NCBI GenBank assembly: GCA_958009085.1 | Contig: OY253670.1 | Span: forward strand, 62,001 to 126,000 | Origin: Protoeuglena noctilucae | Lineage: Eukaryota | Direction of reading: 5' to 3' | Length of the DNA: 64,000 bases | In this document: one piece after another, positions 33,621-47,858 of the stretch | Position numbering within the stretch: position 1 is the stretch's first letter | Layout: each line of letters opens with the position of its first letter | The notes under the pieces: generated by a model | What the model saw: the letters and a program-made list of their open reading frames with translations, nothing else | Told to the model about the DNA's origin: nothing | Database searches by the model: none | Translations under genes and position numbers: made by a program

Positions 33621-34042
33621 CTCTCTACAAAGTCAGGCCCTGAGGACAGCAGGCGGCCAGGGCACCAGCCAAGGGCAAGATTGGGTTCCAACCAGCAAGC
33701 ACTGCCAGGAGATGGCGCGGCGCGGAGGTGGATGCGTGATCTGAAGGCTGGCGCGCCCGCGCCAGTGTAGGTCATGCCAGTCCGAGGGCCGTCAGCTGTC
33801 CTAAGGCCATCTCCGCTGTCCTCCCTTGCTTCATGACACCTTCGCAATCCCCTCGCGCCGGCACATTGCACGAACGTCGCGGTCTGTGACGGTCGCATCG
33901 AGCAGCTGCGCGCACACACAGACACAGAGCGTGTGCGTTTACTCAGACGTGCATTTTTACTTCTTTTCCACGTCTCCGACGCCATCAGGCCGGCCGTGAC
34001 CCGTAGCGGCGGCGTCGCCGCTTCCTGGGCGCCCAGGCGGGA

Positions 34043-34942
34043 ATGGCCAGTTTGACGGGAATGAGCCGGGACAACAGCCTCCAGACGCCGCCGGGTGAGT
34101 CGGTGGCGAGTCGGGCGCCGGGTGTAGATGCCAGCACGCCTCCCCCGCGCGCGGAGGCCTCGCGTTCCTCGCCGAGCACGGTTTGCATGCTGGACGCCCC
34201 CCCCCCGGCCCGCGCTCGTTGGAGGTCCCGCGCGGTGCCTTGCATTGGTAAGTGCGCCTCGCCGAGCTTCCCCTCCGCCCTCTCCCGCAGGCCTGACGGG
34301 CGCGGATCCCCTCCGCCTCGAGAAGCTCAACGCGCGCCTCAATCCCCAGGTACATAGCGGCCCCGCCTTGGCTCTTAAGCGCTCCCGGTCTCTTTAACGA
34401 CTTGCCTCTTCCCAGTCGCTTCCGCCCGGGCCCTGCTCTGGCCCGGCCGGCCCGCGCTCGGCCCCGCACGCCTTGCGCAGCGCGCTGGAACTGGCTCGCG
34501 CGCGCGCCCCCGCAGAGCGTCTCGCCGATGGACGAGCGTGACGCCCTGATGGACGACTCCGAGGACGACTCGGACGCCGGATTCGAGGCCGTACGGAGTC
34601 CCCGCGGCGCGCCGGCGGGCCCCAGCGTGGCTTCCCTGCCCGCCAAGCGCGCGCGGCCCTCCGACGCCGCGGAGACGGACGCCAGGCCCCCCGCCGACGT
34701 CTTCGATCAGGGATCTCTCGACTCGGGCGTCGCGGTGGCCGCGGGGCCCTCAGCGAAAAGCACTCCGGGCGGTGCGCTGCTTGCCCCGCCCGCGTCTGCG
34801 GCCCCTGCGCCCGGCGCGGCCCTCCCCGGCGGCGCCTCCCTGGCCCGGACGAGCAGCAAGTCCCGGCGCATCCACCAGGAGGACGCCAGCACCAACCAGT
34901 CGGACGTCTCGGAGCGCGGGGGGGCGGGAGCCACCGTGTCAG
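34043..34942 (+). CDS. Hypothetical protein, 5' exons only (interrupted by gap)
   Basis: Three exons join in frame (~34043-34247, 34291-34349, 34516-34942) with GTAAG/GTACA donors; acidic DDSEDDSD and KRAR NLS-like motif. Confidence 0.45.
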
Positions 34943-35000
34943 GCGAGCTGTGCGCTGCTAAGCGGCCCGGTACCCTGTGTTACGGTTGGGATGCGGATGC

Positions 35001-35200
35001 NNNNNNNNNNNNNNNNNNNNNNNNNNNNNNNNNNNNNNNNNNNNNNNNNNNNNNNNNNNNNNNNNNNNNNNNNNNNNNNNNNNNNNNNNNNNNNNNNNNN
35101 NNNNNNNNNNNNNNNNNNNNNNNNNNNNNNNNNNNNNNNNNNNNNNNNNNNNNNNNNNNNNNNNNNNNNNNNNNNNNNNNNNNNNNNNNNNNNNNNNNNN
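35001..35200. other. Assembly gap (200 N)
   Basis: Run of N. Confidence 1.
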
Positions 35201-36246
35201 GGCGCGGCGTGGCCGGGGGGGCACGTTGAGGGCGCAGGGTTACACGATGCGGGGGCTAGAATGCATGGGTACCGACGCGAGAGCGCGGAGGGCGACCGAC
35301 GGCGCGCGAAGGGCAGGTTCCCGCGCAAACGTGACCCGTGGGGAGAGGCCGCGCCCCGAGCGCGATGTGGCGCGCGCCGGGGGCGTCTCGGGACACGTGC
35401 GGCGACAACGCGACCGGACGTCCCCTCCCCGCGCCGGGGATCCCACAGCCGAGCGCGGGGGCCGGCCGAGCAGCGGGCTGGTTCCTGCCAAGGTCCCCGC
35501 CTCGCGCCCCGCGGGCGCCAGGTCGCGTTTGGCCCCATCCATGGCAATGCGATGCAAAAACCGCAGAGATATGCATCGAGCGCGCCGCTGGGAGCGGCGA
35601 AGCGACCGGCGAGGAGAGGGGAACGGGCATCGGCCGAGCCTTCCCGCTCGCACGGTGCACTGGCGGATCCCTGGCCGGGCCAGCCCCCGTGATTCGATAG
35701 AGCTCACACCGGGCCCGCATTTTCACCTCGTTCCCTGCCGCCGGGTCCCGGCTGGCGGGACCCAGGGACTGCATCGCTGCGGGACACCGATTTCGAGCCC
35801 CTCGACTCTTGGTCGTTCGGTTCGACTAAGGAAAGCAACGTAAGCGCTGCTCGGGGGCTAAGATAGCCCCCCCACACGCGAAGGTCGGGCGAGTCGCGCC
35901 AGCGGAGGCCCGATGGCACGGCCGGAGGAGCGATGCCGAGCGCTGAGACAATTCCCGAGCTATGGTAAGCGTCACGGCCGCGGGAAGAACAGCGCTGGTG
36001 AAATCCAGCTCCTGCTCTGGCACCAGGGCATGCCCGATGCCGCCCGCTCCGCAGAGCCAGCCAGCCTCACCCACGGAGCCTCGCTGTCCACAGCCCGACC
36101 ACACGCCGTTCCAGCACGGGCCTGTCTTGGGCCAGCGATCCCGAGGGGTCCGTCCTCTGGACCAAGCTACGCAGCGTGGAGGCGGACCTGCCGGGGCCGC
36201 ACGTGCAGCTGACAATGGCCGGGTTGTTAGGAGCCCGGCATAGTCC

Positions 36247-38231
36247 ATGGACGAGGTGCGGACCACTCCATGGCTTGGCATTTCGCCAGACCTAGTGGTC
36301 GTGGCGTGTCGACGGTCGGGGCCGCGACAGAGCTACACACGAGGCGTAAACGAATTTTCATCGCTGATCACACACCGTTGTGCCCTCAGGGGACCGAGAA
36401 ACCCTCAACAAAGCGCGGACCCGGGGCCCTCGCGGGGCGCGCCGGCACCACGGGCGGCCCCGCGGCGCGGGAGCGGGTCCTCCAGGGCGCTGGATGGCTC
36501 GGTCAAGACCATCAACTCGCTCATATCCCTGGGTGACATGTTCGGCCCCGAGTCCGGCGATTCGCGGCGCGAAGAGGGCGGCGAGGGTGCGGGTCGTCGT
36601 GGCGAGGCACGCGACGCCTCCGGTCCCGCGGGGCCGCGGACGCCGGCGGAAGCAGACGATGCGGATGAGATGAGCGAGGAGGAGGCGCTGCGGGGGAGAT
36701 GGATACGCGTCCGCACCTTCTCCAAGGCGAGCGAAATGCCTTGCTCCACTGCACGGTCATCGCCCATGCCCCGCTGGTCCTCCAGCTCACCCACTCCACT
36801 GCGCCTGATCCCCCGCAGTGCTCCTGCACCGTCACGGACCGCCCCTCCGTCCCCGGCTCCCCCCACCACCCCGGCCGCCCCCTGGTCGACTACCTCATGC
36901 TTCCCATTGAGGATTACAACCTCCTCGAGCCCTCCTGGATCCGCCGTGCCGGCCATTGGCAGGATGCCGACGACGCCGCACGCCCGGGCGCAGTCGCGCA
37001 GCCGGGACAGGCCCCCTCGGGTGGCGGGGTGTCACGTACTGCCCCCGCCCCATCGGACGCGCCTCCCTCCGAGGGTCTCTTAAACGCCATACGCGCCCTT
37101 GGCCCCCACGCCCGCGACGCCTTCGTGCTCTCCGTCCCCGTCGATGACCTCACGGGCCTCCCTGTGCGGCCCCGGATGCTGGTGCGGGTAGACCCGGAGC
37201 CGTCCGCCTCGCGGGTGTGTTTTGAGAGCCTGTACATGGAGCTGGGCAACAAGGACCTCGACGGCGCGCTGCACTTCGCCATGAGGGCCACGCTGTTCCG
37301 GTGAGGGCGGGGGGAGCCGGGTGGCGTGCTGGGAGGGCTTGAGCGGGGGGGGGGACGCGCAGTGAACGAAGCATGGCGTGTGTATGTGCGCAGGCGCGGG
37401 CAGCGGGCGGCGCGGAGGCGGCTGCAGGCTCTGCTGCGGCGGGGGAGGCGGGGGCCTGAGGCGGAGGTCGGCGCTGAGGTGGGTGGTGAGGTCGGTGGTG
37501 AGGGGGAGGAGGACAGCAGCGAGGGGGAGGGGGCGGAAGGAGGGGAGAGCGCGGGGGAGAGCGTGGCTGAGGCGGGGGCTGGGCTGAGGCAGGGGCCCGC
37601 CGGGGATGTGGTGGTGGCACATGGGACGCTGGGGGAGGCGAGGGCGGGGAGGGGCGGGGAGGAGCGGAGTGGGTGGAGACGCATCGCCCCTTGGGCATGG
37701 GTGCGGAGGGCGCGGGGGGCCGGGGCTGCAGAGTCACCGCAACGAGGGCAGGCGTGGGGAGGGGAGGTGGGGCGTGGAGCAGTGGAGGAGAAGAGTGTGA
37801 CTGCGGGTGATGAGGCGGCGGATGGGGGGCGTGGGGCACAGGCGGGGTCTGCAAGCGATGCCAGCGCGCCAGCGTCCCCGTCGTCTCTTTTACCACCGAC
37901 CAAGGCCCATGCTGCGCCGCGCGCCGGGGCGGACGCCGGCCGGGACTCTGCGGCGGTGCTGGGCTCCCGACTGTCGATAGAGCTGGAGCTCTTTGTGCCG
38001 CACCCCTACTCGCGCGTGCCGGGTCTGGTGCTGTCGGCTGCCATCCGCGTGGTGCTGGAGGCGGTCGTGGGGCAGCTGTACCCGAGATTCCTTGACCTTT
38101 TGGCCCGCGATTATGCGGCGTGGGCCACCGGGGGCGTGCGCGACATGCCGGGGATGCCGAGGGCGCAAGTGGCGAGGGAGGCGGCGAGGAGGACGGGGGG
38201 AGGCGAGGGGGCGGCCGAGGGCGAGGGGTAG
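36247..38231 (+). CDS. DUF1997-family protein (START/Bet v1-like) with Gly/Glu-rich insertion
   Basis: LVDYLMLPIEDYNLLEPSWIRR; LELFVPHPYSRVP...VLEAVVGQLYPRFLDLLARDYAAWA; start uncertain. Confidence 0.72.
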
Positions 38232-38428
38232 AGCGACGTGGCAGGCGTAGTGAGGAGCGCAGGGATGAGAGGGTAGCAGGCGGGCGCGGCATGGATTGGC
38301 CGCCGTTTATCGCAGAGAGTGTTCAGCAAAGACTGGCTTAGAGTCCCTTGGAATGGCATCTTCAACCACTGGTAGCTGCCGCAGGGCTCTGCCCCACTCA
38401 TGCATGTCAACGCGCGCACATAGCGCCG

Positions 38429-40089
38429 TCACATCTCTGCGGCGATGTGCAGCTTGGCCAGCGACTGCTTGGCGAAGGCGTGGACCTGCTCGGCGTACGT
38501 GACCATCTGGGCGCTGATGAGGTAGTTGTCGAGCATGCTGGGCGGCTCCACGGGCTTGACGCCCGGCAGCACGTCCGTCTCGGGCAGGGGGTCCTCCCCA
38601 CGGGCGCGCCGCTCGGCGTTCTCCTGCCGCCGCTTGGCCCGCGCCGCCTCCACCTGCGCCTGCTGCCACTGCAGCGTCTTGTGGTACTTGGTCACCTTGG
38701 TCTGCTCGGCCACCATGTCGTCGCACAGCTCGGACGAGTGGCCCAGGTTGCGGCACAGGAAGGGGCTCACGGACAGGTCCAGGGCAGAGGGGGACACGTC
38801 CTGCAAGGAACCCTGGGCCCTGCGGGGAGGAGGGAGGCCGAGGGTGGTGCTTGGGGAGGCAGGGGCTACATCAGCTGAAAGGGTCGTGGTCTACGCAGCT
38901 GCTGGTGCCGTCTACTTGTCCATTCTATCTATCATCATACACAATGCCAGAGAAAGCGAACCCGCATCGCATGTGTTCCCAGCTGCATCCCATGGCTGTG
39001 CCCCTCACCGCAGCTCGGCCGTGAGGGCGTGGACGAGGGGGTTGTTGACGACCTCCATGGGGATCTCCGTGAAGATGTCGGACCAGGCGACGCGGGCCTC
39101 GAGGAGGCGCTCGAAGGTGAGGGCAGAGGCGCCCTTCTTGAGCAGCTGCGGGCACGGGGCGCATGCGATGAACGTTCCTTCGTATGACGTCGCGTCGCAC
39201 AACGATCGACGGTGATAACAAGAACACCCTGTGCTGGTTGGCTCGCCTCGAGGACATTCTCGGCGACAGTGACGGCGCGGAGGGGCAGGTGGCCGAGGGC
39301 GAGGAGGGGGTGGTCATAGACGATCACCACGCAACGGCGCACGGCCGGCACCACCTCGCAGAAGAGCTTGACTAACTCCTGCGTCTGCCAGCCGTTGTCC
39401 CCCGCGGACTGGTACCACCCCGCCGTGTAGCTGTCCACGTTGTTCTCCCTGAACGGAGGGAAAAAGGCAAGCAACGTGAAACCATGAAATTGCAAGCCAG
39501 ACCCAACGGGCGCCCCGCGCATGCTCTGCCGCGACTGCCTGTGACTCACTTCAAGCACCGCATCATGCTGATGTGGTAATCCCCGCCGTCGTCGTCGTCC
39601 TGGGCGTCCGCGCTGGGGAAGGGGAACGCGTCCGTCACCTCCAGGACCTCCCCGGCGTCCATGCCCAGCAGCTGGCCCGTCACGGTCGAGGGGTAGAAGC
39701 CCTTGCAGTGCTGTATGATGCGCAGCGCCGCCAGGCCGCTCAGGCGCACGCGCGAGATGGGCGGCTCCTGCGAGGGCAGCAGGGGGAGTGGGAGGCCGCT
39801 GGGCGTGCGGAGCGCACAACGGAGGGGCTGCCGAGCTGGATGAAAATGACATGAGAGCATGGGGTACGACGAGTCCCGCAGAACGACGCGCTGGAAGCTG
39901 GGGGCGCGCCTCGGGCACGGCGTGCCAGCCGCAGGCAACCGCGGGCCGGGCAGGGCTGGGCGGGAACCGCCCGGCGGCCCAGCCGGTCTGTCGACTGTCT
40001 CTGCTCCGATGGAGCAACGAGGTCTCGTTGGAAGACGCTACAGGGATTCAGGGCCTCACCTCCGAGGCGGCCGTCATCGCGCCCGCCAT
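38429..40089 (-). CDS. EIF3H: Eukaryotic translation initiation factor 3 subunit H (MPN domain)
   Basis: VRLSGLAALRIIQHC...VTGQLLGMD...LEVTDAFPFP, MMRCLKENNVDSYTAGWYQS, ENAERRARGEDPLPE. Confidence 0.93.
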
Positions 40090-40512
40090 CCTGACCCGAT
40101 CCCGATCCCCCGATCAAAGGAACCGAAAGGGTCTCTCAGAAGGACTCGGTGTCGCGGGCGCAGAGGCGAGAGGGACGCGTCTACGAGCTTGGCCAGCGTG
40201 CGGGGATCAGGAGGGTCGACGCGCTGAGCTTTCGATGGTCGCGCTGGATGCGAGATCTCCTCAATAAAGCGCTCCCCGTTGACGGACCCCTGCGCACCTT
40301 GATCCGGCATCGAGTCAGGCTGGACGGGCAGGCGGAGCTGGCGATTTTCAGAACCCGGAGCACGCAGCAGGCTGCAGAAGAGCGCCTGTGGCAGTGGCAG
40401 CGTTTGTAGGGCTCAGGAGATTGCGAGCTCGCGCGAGGGCCACCTGCAGCACGAGCGCCCCCGGCGGCCAGCGAGGGCGCACCGCGGCAGGGCAGGGGCG
40501 GCGGCGGACGCC

Positions 40513-42939
<2,427 letters not shown>

Positions 42940-43253
42940 GACAAGTCGTCGTTGGATTTGATGACATGCGTTGAATGGTTGGGTGGATGTGCAGGGACAG
43001 CAGCATTCACGCATGGTTCAAGTGTCCTTGGAACAGCTCGGCTCGCATTCCTAGCATGCACGCACTTCAACAGATTCCAATGCACGGCCTCCTGTGCCTG
43101 CCGACACTGCCCTCCGCATGTCCACTGCCCCATGGGCCCCTCCCTTGCTGCTCAGCATGAGATCAGAGAACACCAAACCACAGCGTATACGCGTTCCCCT
43201 TCCCCACTACTCCTTCGAAGCGCAGTGCGCCTGTGCGCTCGTAGTGCACCATC

Positions 43254-46200
43254 TCACCCCACGCTCTGCACCCACGGCTCCAGCATCTGGGTCAGCTCCT
43301 GTATCGTGGGGCGCTTGCGGGGGTCCGCGTCCAGGCATTGCGTCAGGATCAACCTGTGGAGATGGCAGGGGGGTCCTCGTTGTTAACCCACTCGCACCGC
43401 TTCGCCCTGTGCGAACTCCTCGCTGTCAAAGACTTGCTGCTGCCATCACCTGAGAGCGTCTGGCACCTCCTCCAGGTGCCGGTGCTGCAGCGCCCTGCCT
43501 TTGTGGTGCTCGACGGAAATCACGTGCGGACCGATGCCTTCGAAGGGTCGCTTGCCCGTGGCCAGGTGGGCCAGGGTAGCTGCCACCGCATACACGTCCC
43601 AAGCCTTGTCTGCAGCACAAAGTGGCAGGCTAGGGTCAATTAAGCGCGCAGTCAGACACTGTGAGCACTTTTTCGACGGAGCAGCGAGGGCCTCGCCTGG
43701 CTGCGATGGGTCATTGTTGGCCATCTGATCCATGGGGGCGTAGGCATACGTCATGCCCATGGGAAGCTGCACGTCCGCAGCCATGCCCTGCGAATTGCAA
43801 ACGAGGACACAGGACCCTGCAGCACGGCACCATGTGACAGCTAGGCGTGTCACATGTCCCGACACCCTCGTGCAACCACGCAGCCGCCTCACCTTGGCCG
43901 AGCCGAAGTCACACAGCACCACCGTCCCGTTCTCCCGCACGAGGCAGTTGGCGGGCTTGATATCGCAGTGCACGATGCCGCAAGCGTGCAGCTCCGCAAC
44001 AGCAGCGCAGATGTCCTGGGCAGCCATGGCCAGCTCTGCTTGCGTCACTGGCCCGTCCCTCTCCCGCAGCATGTCCGTCAGCGACCCCGTGCACCGCTCC
44101 ATTACCAGGAGAAGCTTGCCATCCTTCCTTGCTGCCCCATGCGCCTTGCACACCATCTTACACACCGCGGACAGCCGCTTGGACAGCACGACCTCTGCTA
44201 GATGAGCGTCGTTCTCCAGCATGATCTTGACGGCCACTGGCTCCACCTTGCCGCCCGTCGTGAGCGTCGCCTCCCTCACTAAGTACTGACCCCTTCCCAG
44301 TTGCGGACCAAGGCTGGAGAGGACCGACGGCTCCGGCAGCGTCACCCTGCGCAACAGCTCCTGCCTCTGCACCTCTGTCAGCGTCACCTCCCCCCTCGCA
44401 ATGGTCCTCAGCGTGTCCACCACTGTCGCTGAGTCCGCCAGCTCCAGCGCAGCAACGAGGCTCCCAGGTATGGTCGACGTGGACGCGTGGTCGGACGGCG
44501 GACCGGGACCGACCTGCTCCTGCTGCCTGCAAAGGGTGCAGGTACAAATGGTCGTATCACGGCCTTGCAAGACGTATGCCGTGCACTTCTGAACGCAAGC
44601 GGTGGCCCTTGCCTGACGCTCTTCACCCACGGCTCCAGCATCTGGGTCAGCTCCTGTATCGTGGGGCGCTTGCGGGGGTCCGCGTCCAGGCATTGCACCA
44701 GGATCGGCCTGCGCGGAGAATGGTGCAGTGGTTAGAGCCATCCTCGCTCCTGCTTTGCAATCTCACGACATGACTGGCCATGGCCGCCCTCACCTGAGAG
44801 CGCCTGGCACCTCGTCCAGGTGCCGTTGCTGCAGCGCCCTACCGCTGACGTGCTCGACGGCAATCAAGTTTGCGTTGATGCTCTCGAAAGGCCTCTTGCC
44901 CGTGGCCAGATGCGCCAGGGTGGCTCCCACGGCGTACACGTCCCACGACGTCTGCAGTTAAGGGTTGGAAGCCAACTATGCTAGCAATGCCAGGGACCCT
45001 GACAATGCGAGACATGTTACTGAGCAGCCAGCACCTGGCTTTGTGGTCTGGGTGGCGGCCATCTGGTCCAACGGAGCGTAGGCCACCGTCAATGATTGTG
45101 GAGGCTGAACATCGACCGACGTCCCCTGAGCTTAACATATAGGAACTCACTGTGTCTGGCACCGTGTGACGCATACATGCACCTCCATTTGCTCACACAG
45201 CCACGCAGCCGTCCCACCTTGGCAGAGCCAAAGCTGCCCAGCACCACTGTTCCGTCCTTTCTCACAAAGGAGTTTGCTGGCTTGATGTCGCAGTGCACGA
45301 TGCCGCAAGCGTGCAGCTCAGCAACGGCAGCGCAGATGTCCTGGGCAGCCCTGGCCAGCTCTCCTTGCGTCAGCAATTCGCCTCTCTCAAGCACGTCCCC
45401 CAGCGACCCCTTGCACCGCTCCATCACCATCAGCAGCTTGTCATCCCTTACCACCGCCCCGTGTGTTCGGCAAACATGTTTGCAGTGGTGTGACGCCCAC
45501 ATGGAGACTGCTACCTCGAAGCGGGTGTTATCCTTGTCCAGCATGACCTTGACGGCCACCGGATCCACCTTGCTGCCTGTCGTGAGCGATGCCTCGGACA
45601 CTGTGTACCGAGCCCTTCCGAGCTCACGACCAAGACCGGAGAGGCTTTCCTCGGGCAGCATCATGTGGTCTCTGACATGCTGCAGACCCTCCTCAGTCAG
45701 CGTCGCCACCTCCGGTGCAGCAGGTTGCGCGGCCAACCTGAGAAAGCCAGTGGTTGGAGGAAGTGCTGTACGGGTCTATGCATGCGGCCCCGTGCCAGAC
45801 ACTGCGTTGCGAGAATTCCTCGCCTGACATCCTCCTCCCACCGCCGCATCTCGTCCACCAGCACCGCGGCCGTCGGACGCCCTGCAGGGTTCTTGTCCAG
45901 GCACCGCGCCAGGATGGGCCTGCAGATGCGGGGCGTTTCAAAGCAAGCTCGCAACGACGCGCTCCGCACCCTCGCAGCCCACGCCAGGCCGTCTGTGCAG
46001 GCTGCCTGGTCGTCTGTGCAACAGTTTGCCACCCTCACCGTATGCGCTTTGGGACCTCGTCCAGGTGCATGTGCTGCATGGCCCTGTCGTATGCGTGCTC
46101 GACCGCAATCATGTTCTTGGCGACCGACTCAAAGGGCATCTTGCCCGTGGCCAGGTGCACGAGGGTGGCACCCACGGACCACACGTCCCACCGCGGATCT

Positions 46201-47291
46201 GCGCAGGGCGACGAGCAATGAGAACAGATCAGCACCTCCGCAGACGACGTTAATGATACTATATACCGCCACTTCCCCGGCGGCCTGGCAAACTCACCTG
46301 GCCTGACCCCTCGCATGGCGCTGAGCTGATCAAGGGAGGCATAGGGCGCAGTGTGCGTCAACGTGCTCTGCGCTGTACGGTCCATCGGCTGCGGACAGCG
46401 ACGCACACCGATGTCATGCAGCGACGGAGCCCGCTACCCAACAACCATGTATCCCGCCCGCCCATCCACACCCCTCCCTTGACATGCACTTGCCTTGGAC
46501 CCGCCAAAGTCCGCCAGGATCACCGTGCCGTCCTCCCGCACCAGGCAGTTCGCGGGCTTGATGTCGCAATGCACCACCCCGCACTCGTGCAGCTCCGCCA
46601 GGCTCGCGCACACGTCCCGCGCCACCCGCGCCAGCTCCGCCGTGGGCAGCCCCGCCCCCTCCAGCTCCCGCAGCCGCCCCTCCAGCGACCCCGCGCACCG
46701 CTCCATCACCAGCCACACCTCCCCGCCCCGCCTCACGCACCCGTACACCTTGCACGCCCGCGGGCACTGCAGCGACGCCCGCATGGCCGTCCCCACCTCC
46801 CGCGCCATGCGCCGCGCGTTGTTGACCTGCAGTGCCTTGACCGCCACCGGCACCGCCGTCGTCTCCCCCGCCGGGCCGCGCACCGTCAGCGTCGCCGTCA
46901 GCACCCGCGCGCCCCCGTCCTCCACCCCGATGCGCTCCCCCGAAGACAGGTTGGACAGGTCGCCCTCCGGCAGCAGCACCGCGCGGCCCAGCCATGCCGC
47001 CGCGTCCTCGGCCGAGGCGGTCGGCAACGACTCCACGTAGCTCGACGCCACCTCCGACAGCGCCGCGGTCGCCTCCGCCGGGAGATCGTGGCCCATCCAG
47101 CATCGCCGTGCGCCCTCCCCGCCCTCCTCTCCCCGCCGGCCCTCCCACGTCAGCCACCCCGCCGTGCACGCCTCGCATGCGATGCACTCGCACGGCAGCC
47201 GCTTCAGCACGCGGCCGGCCTCCGCCGCGTCGGCGCCCCGCGCGCACAAAATGCACGCCGCATCGAGCTCGCCCTCCGCGAGACCCATCAT
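43254..47291 (-). CDS. RING-like finger + three tandem Ser/Thr kinase domains (middle one a predicted pseudokinase)
   Basis: N-terminal C-x2-C-x17-C-x-C-x2-C-x2-C-x21-C-x3-H; three sets of VAVK / LVMERC / HCDIKPAN with DFG, SFG and DFG; same exon layout in each unit; units joined in frame by GC-AG introns. Confidence 0.8.
43269..44696. repeat. 73-bp identical direct repeat (43269-43341 and 44624-44696) in the last exons of kinase units 3 and 2
   Basis: CACCCACGGCTCCAGCATCTGG...CCAGGCATTGC seen at both positions. Confidence 0.95.
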
Positions 47292-47858
47292 GGCTCCCGG
47301 GCGTCGAGAGCGGCCGCGTCAGCGTCACGGACGGCCGATCATTGACGGCGGGTTTCGATTCGAGGACGACACGCGCTCCCCGTGCGCAGGCGCCTCTGGA
47401 CACTCGTGCAGAGAAGGATGGAATGCGTGGTTCTCCGGGCCGCCCGATGTTCCACAGCACCTAACTAGCGAGTCAGAGACTGCGATATGCGCCATCTGGG
47501 GGCACCGTCCGCCCCATGTGCGCAGAGACGGGCCGCGCGTGCAGGTCAACGGCGGCGCCAGTGGGCATGGCAGGGCTTGTGCGCGTTCCACGACTTCTTG
47601 GGTGCACGATTGCTGACTGTCACGGCGCATCGTGCATACTGGACGGTGCGGGAGGTACGCGCGGTGCCATCAGAGCCGTCCGCGGGGCGCAAACGTAGAC
47701 GCTTCCCACAACCGTGCTCTCGCACGCTCGCGGCCTGTCGCGACACCGTTCGCGGCCGCCGCTGTGCGCTTTCTGTGGCATTCGCATACGTGTTCAAAGA
47801 GCGTGTCCAAGCTTTATCTCTACCGCTGCCTGCGATCGCGGCAGCAGGGTGCCCCGCA

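Noticed and set aside
35201..36240. ORFs after the second gap, possible mobile element
   Set aside because: No terminal repeats, target-site duplication or transposase/RT motif seen
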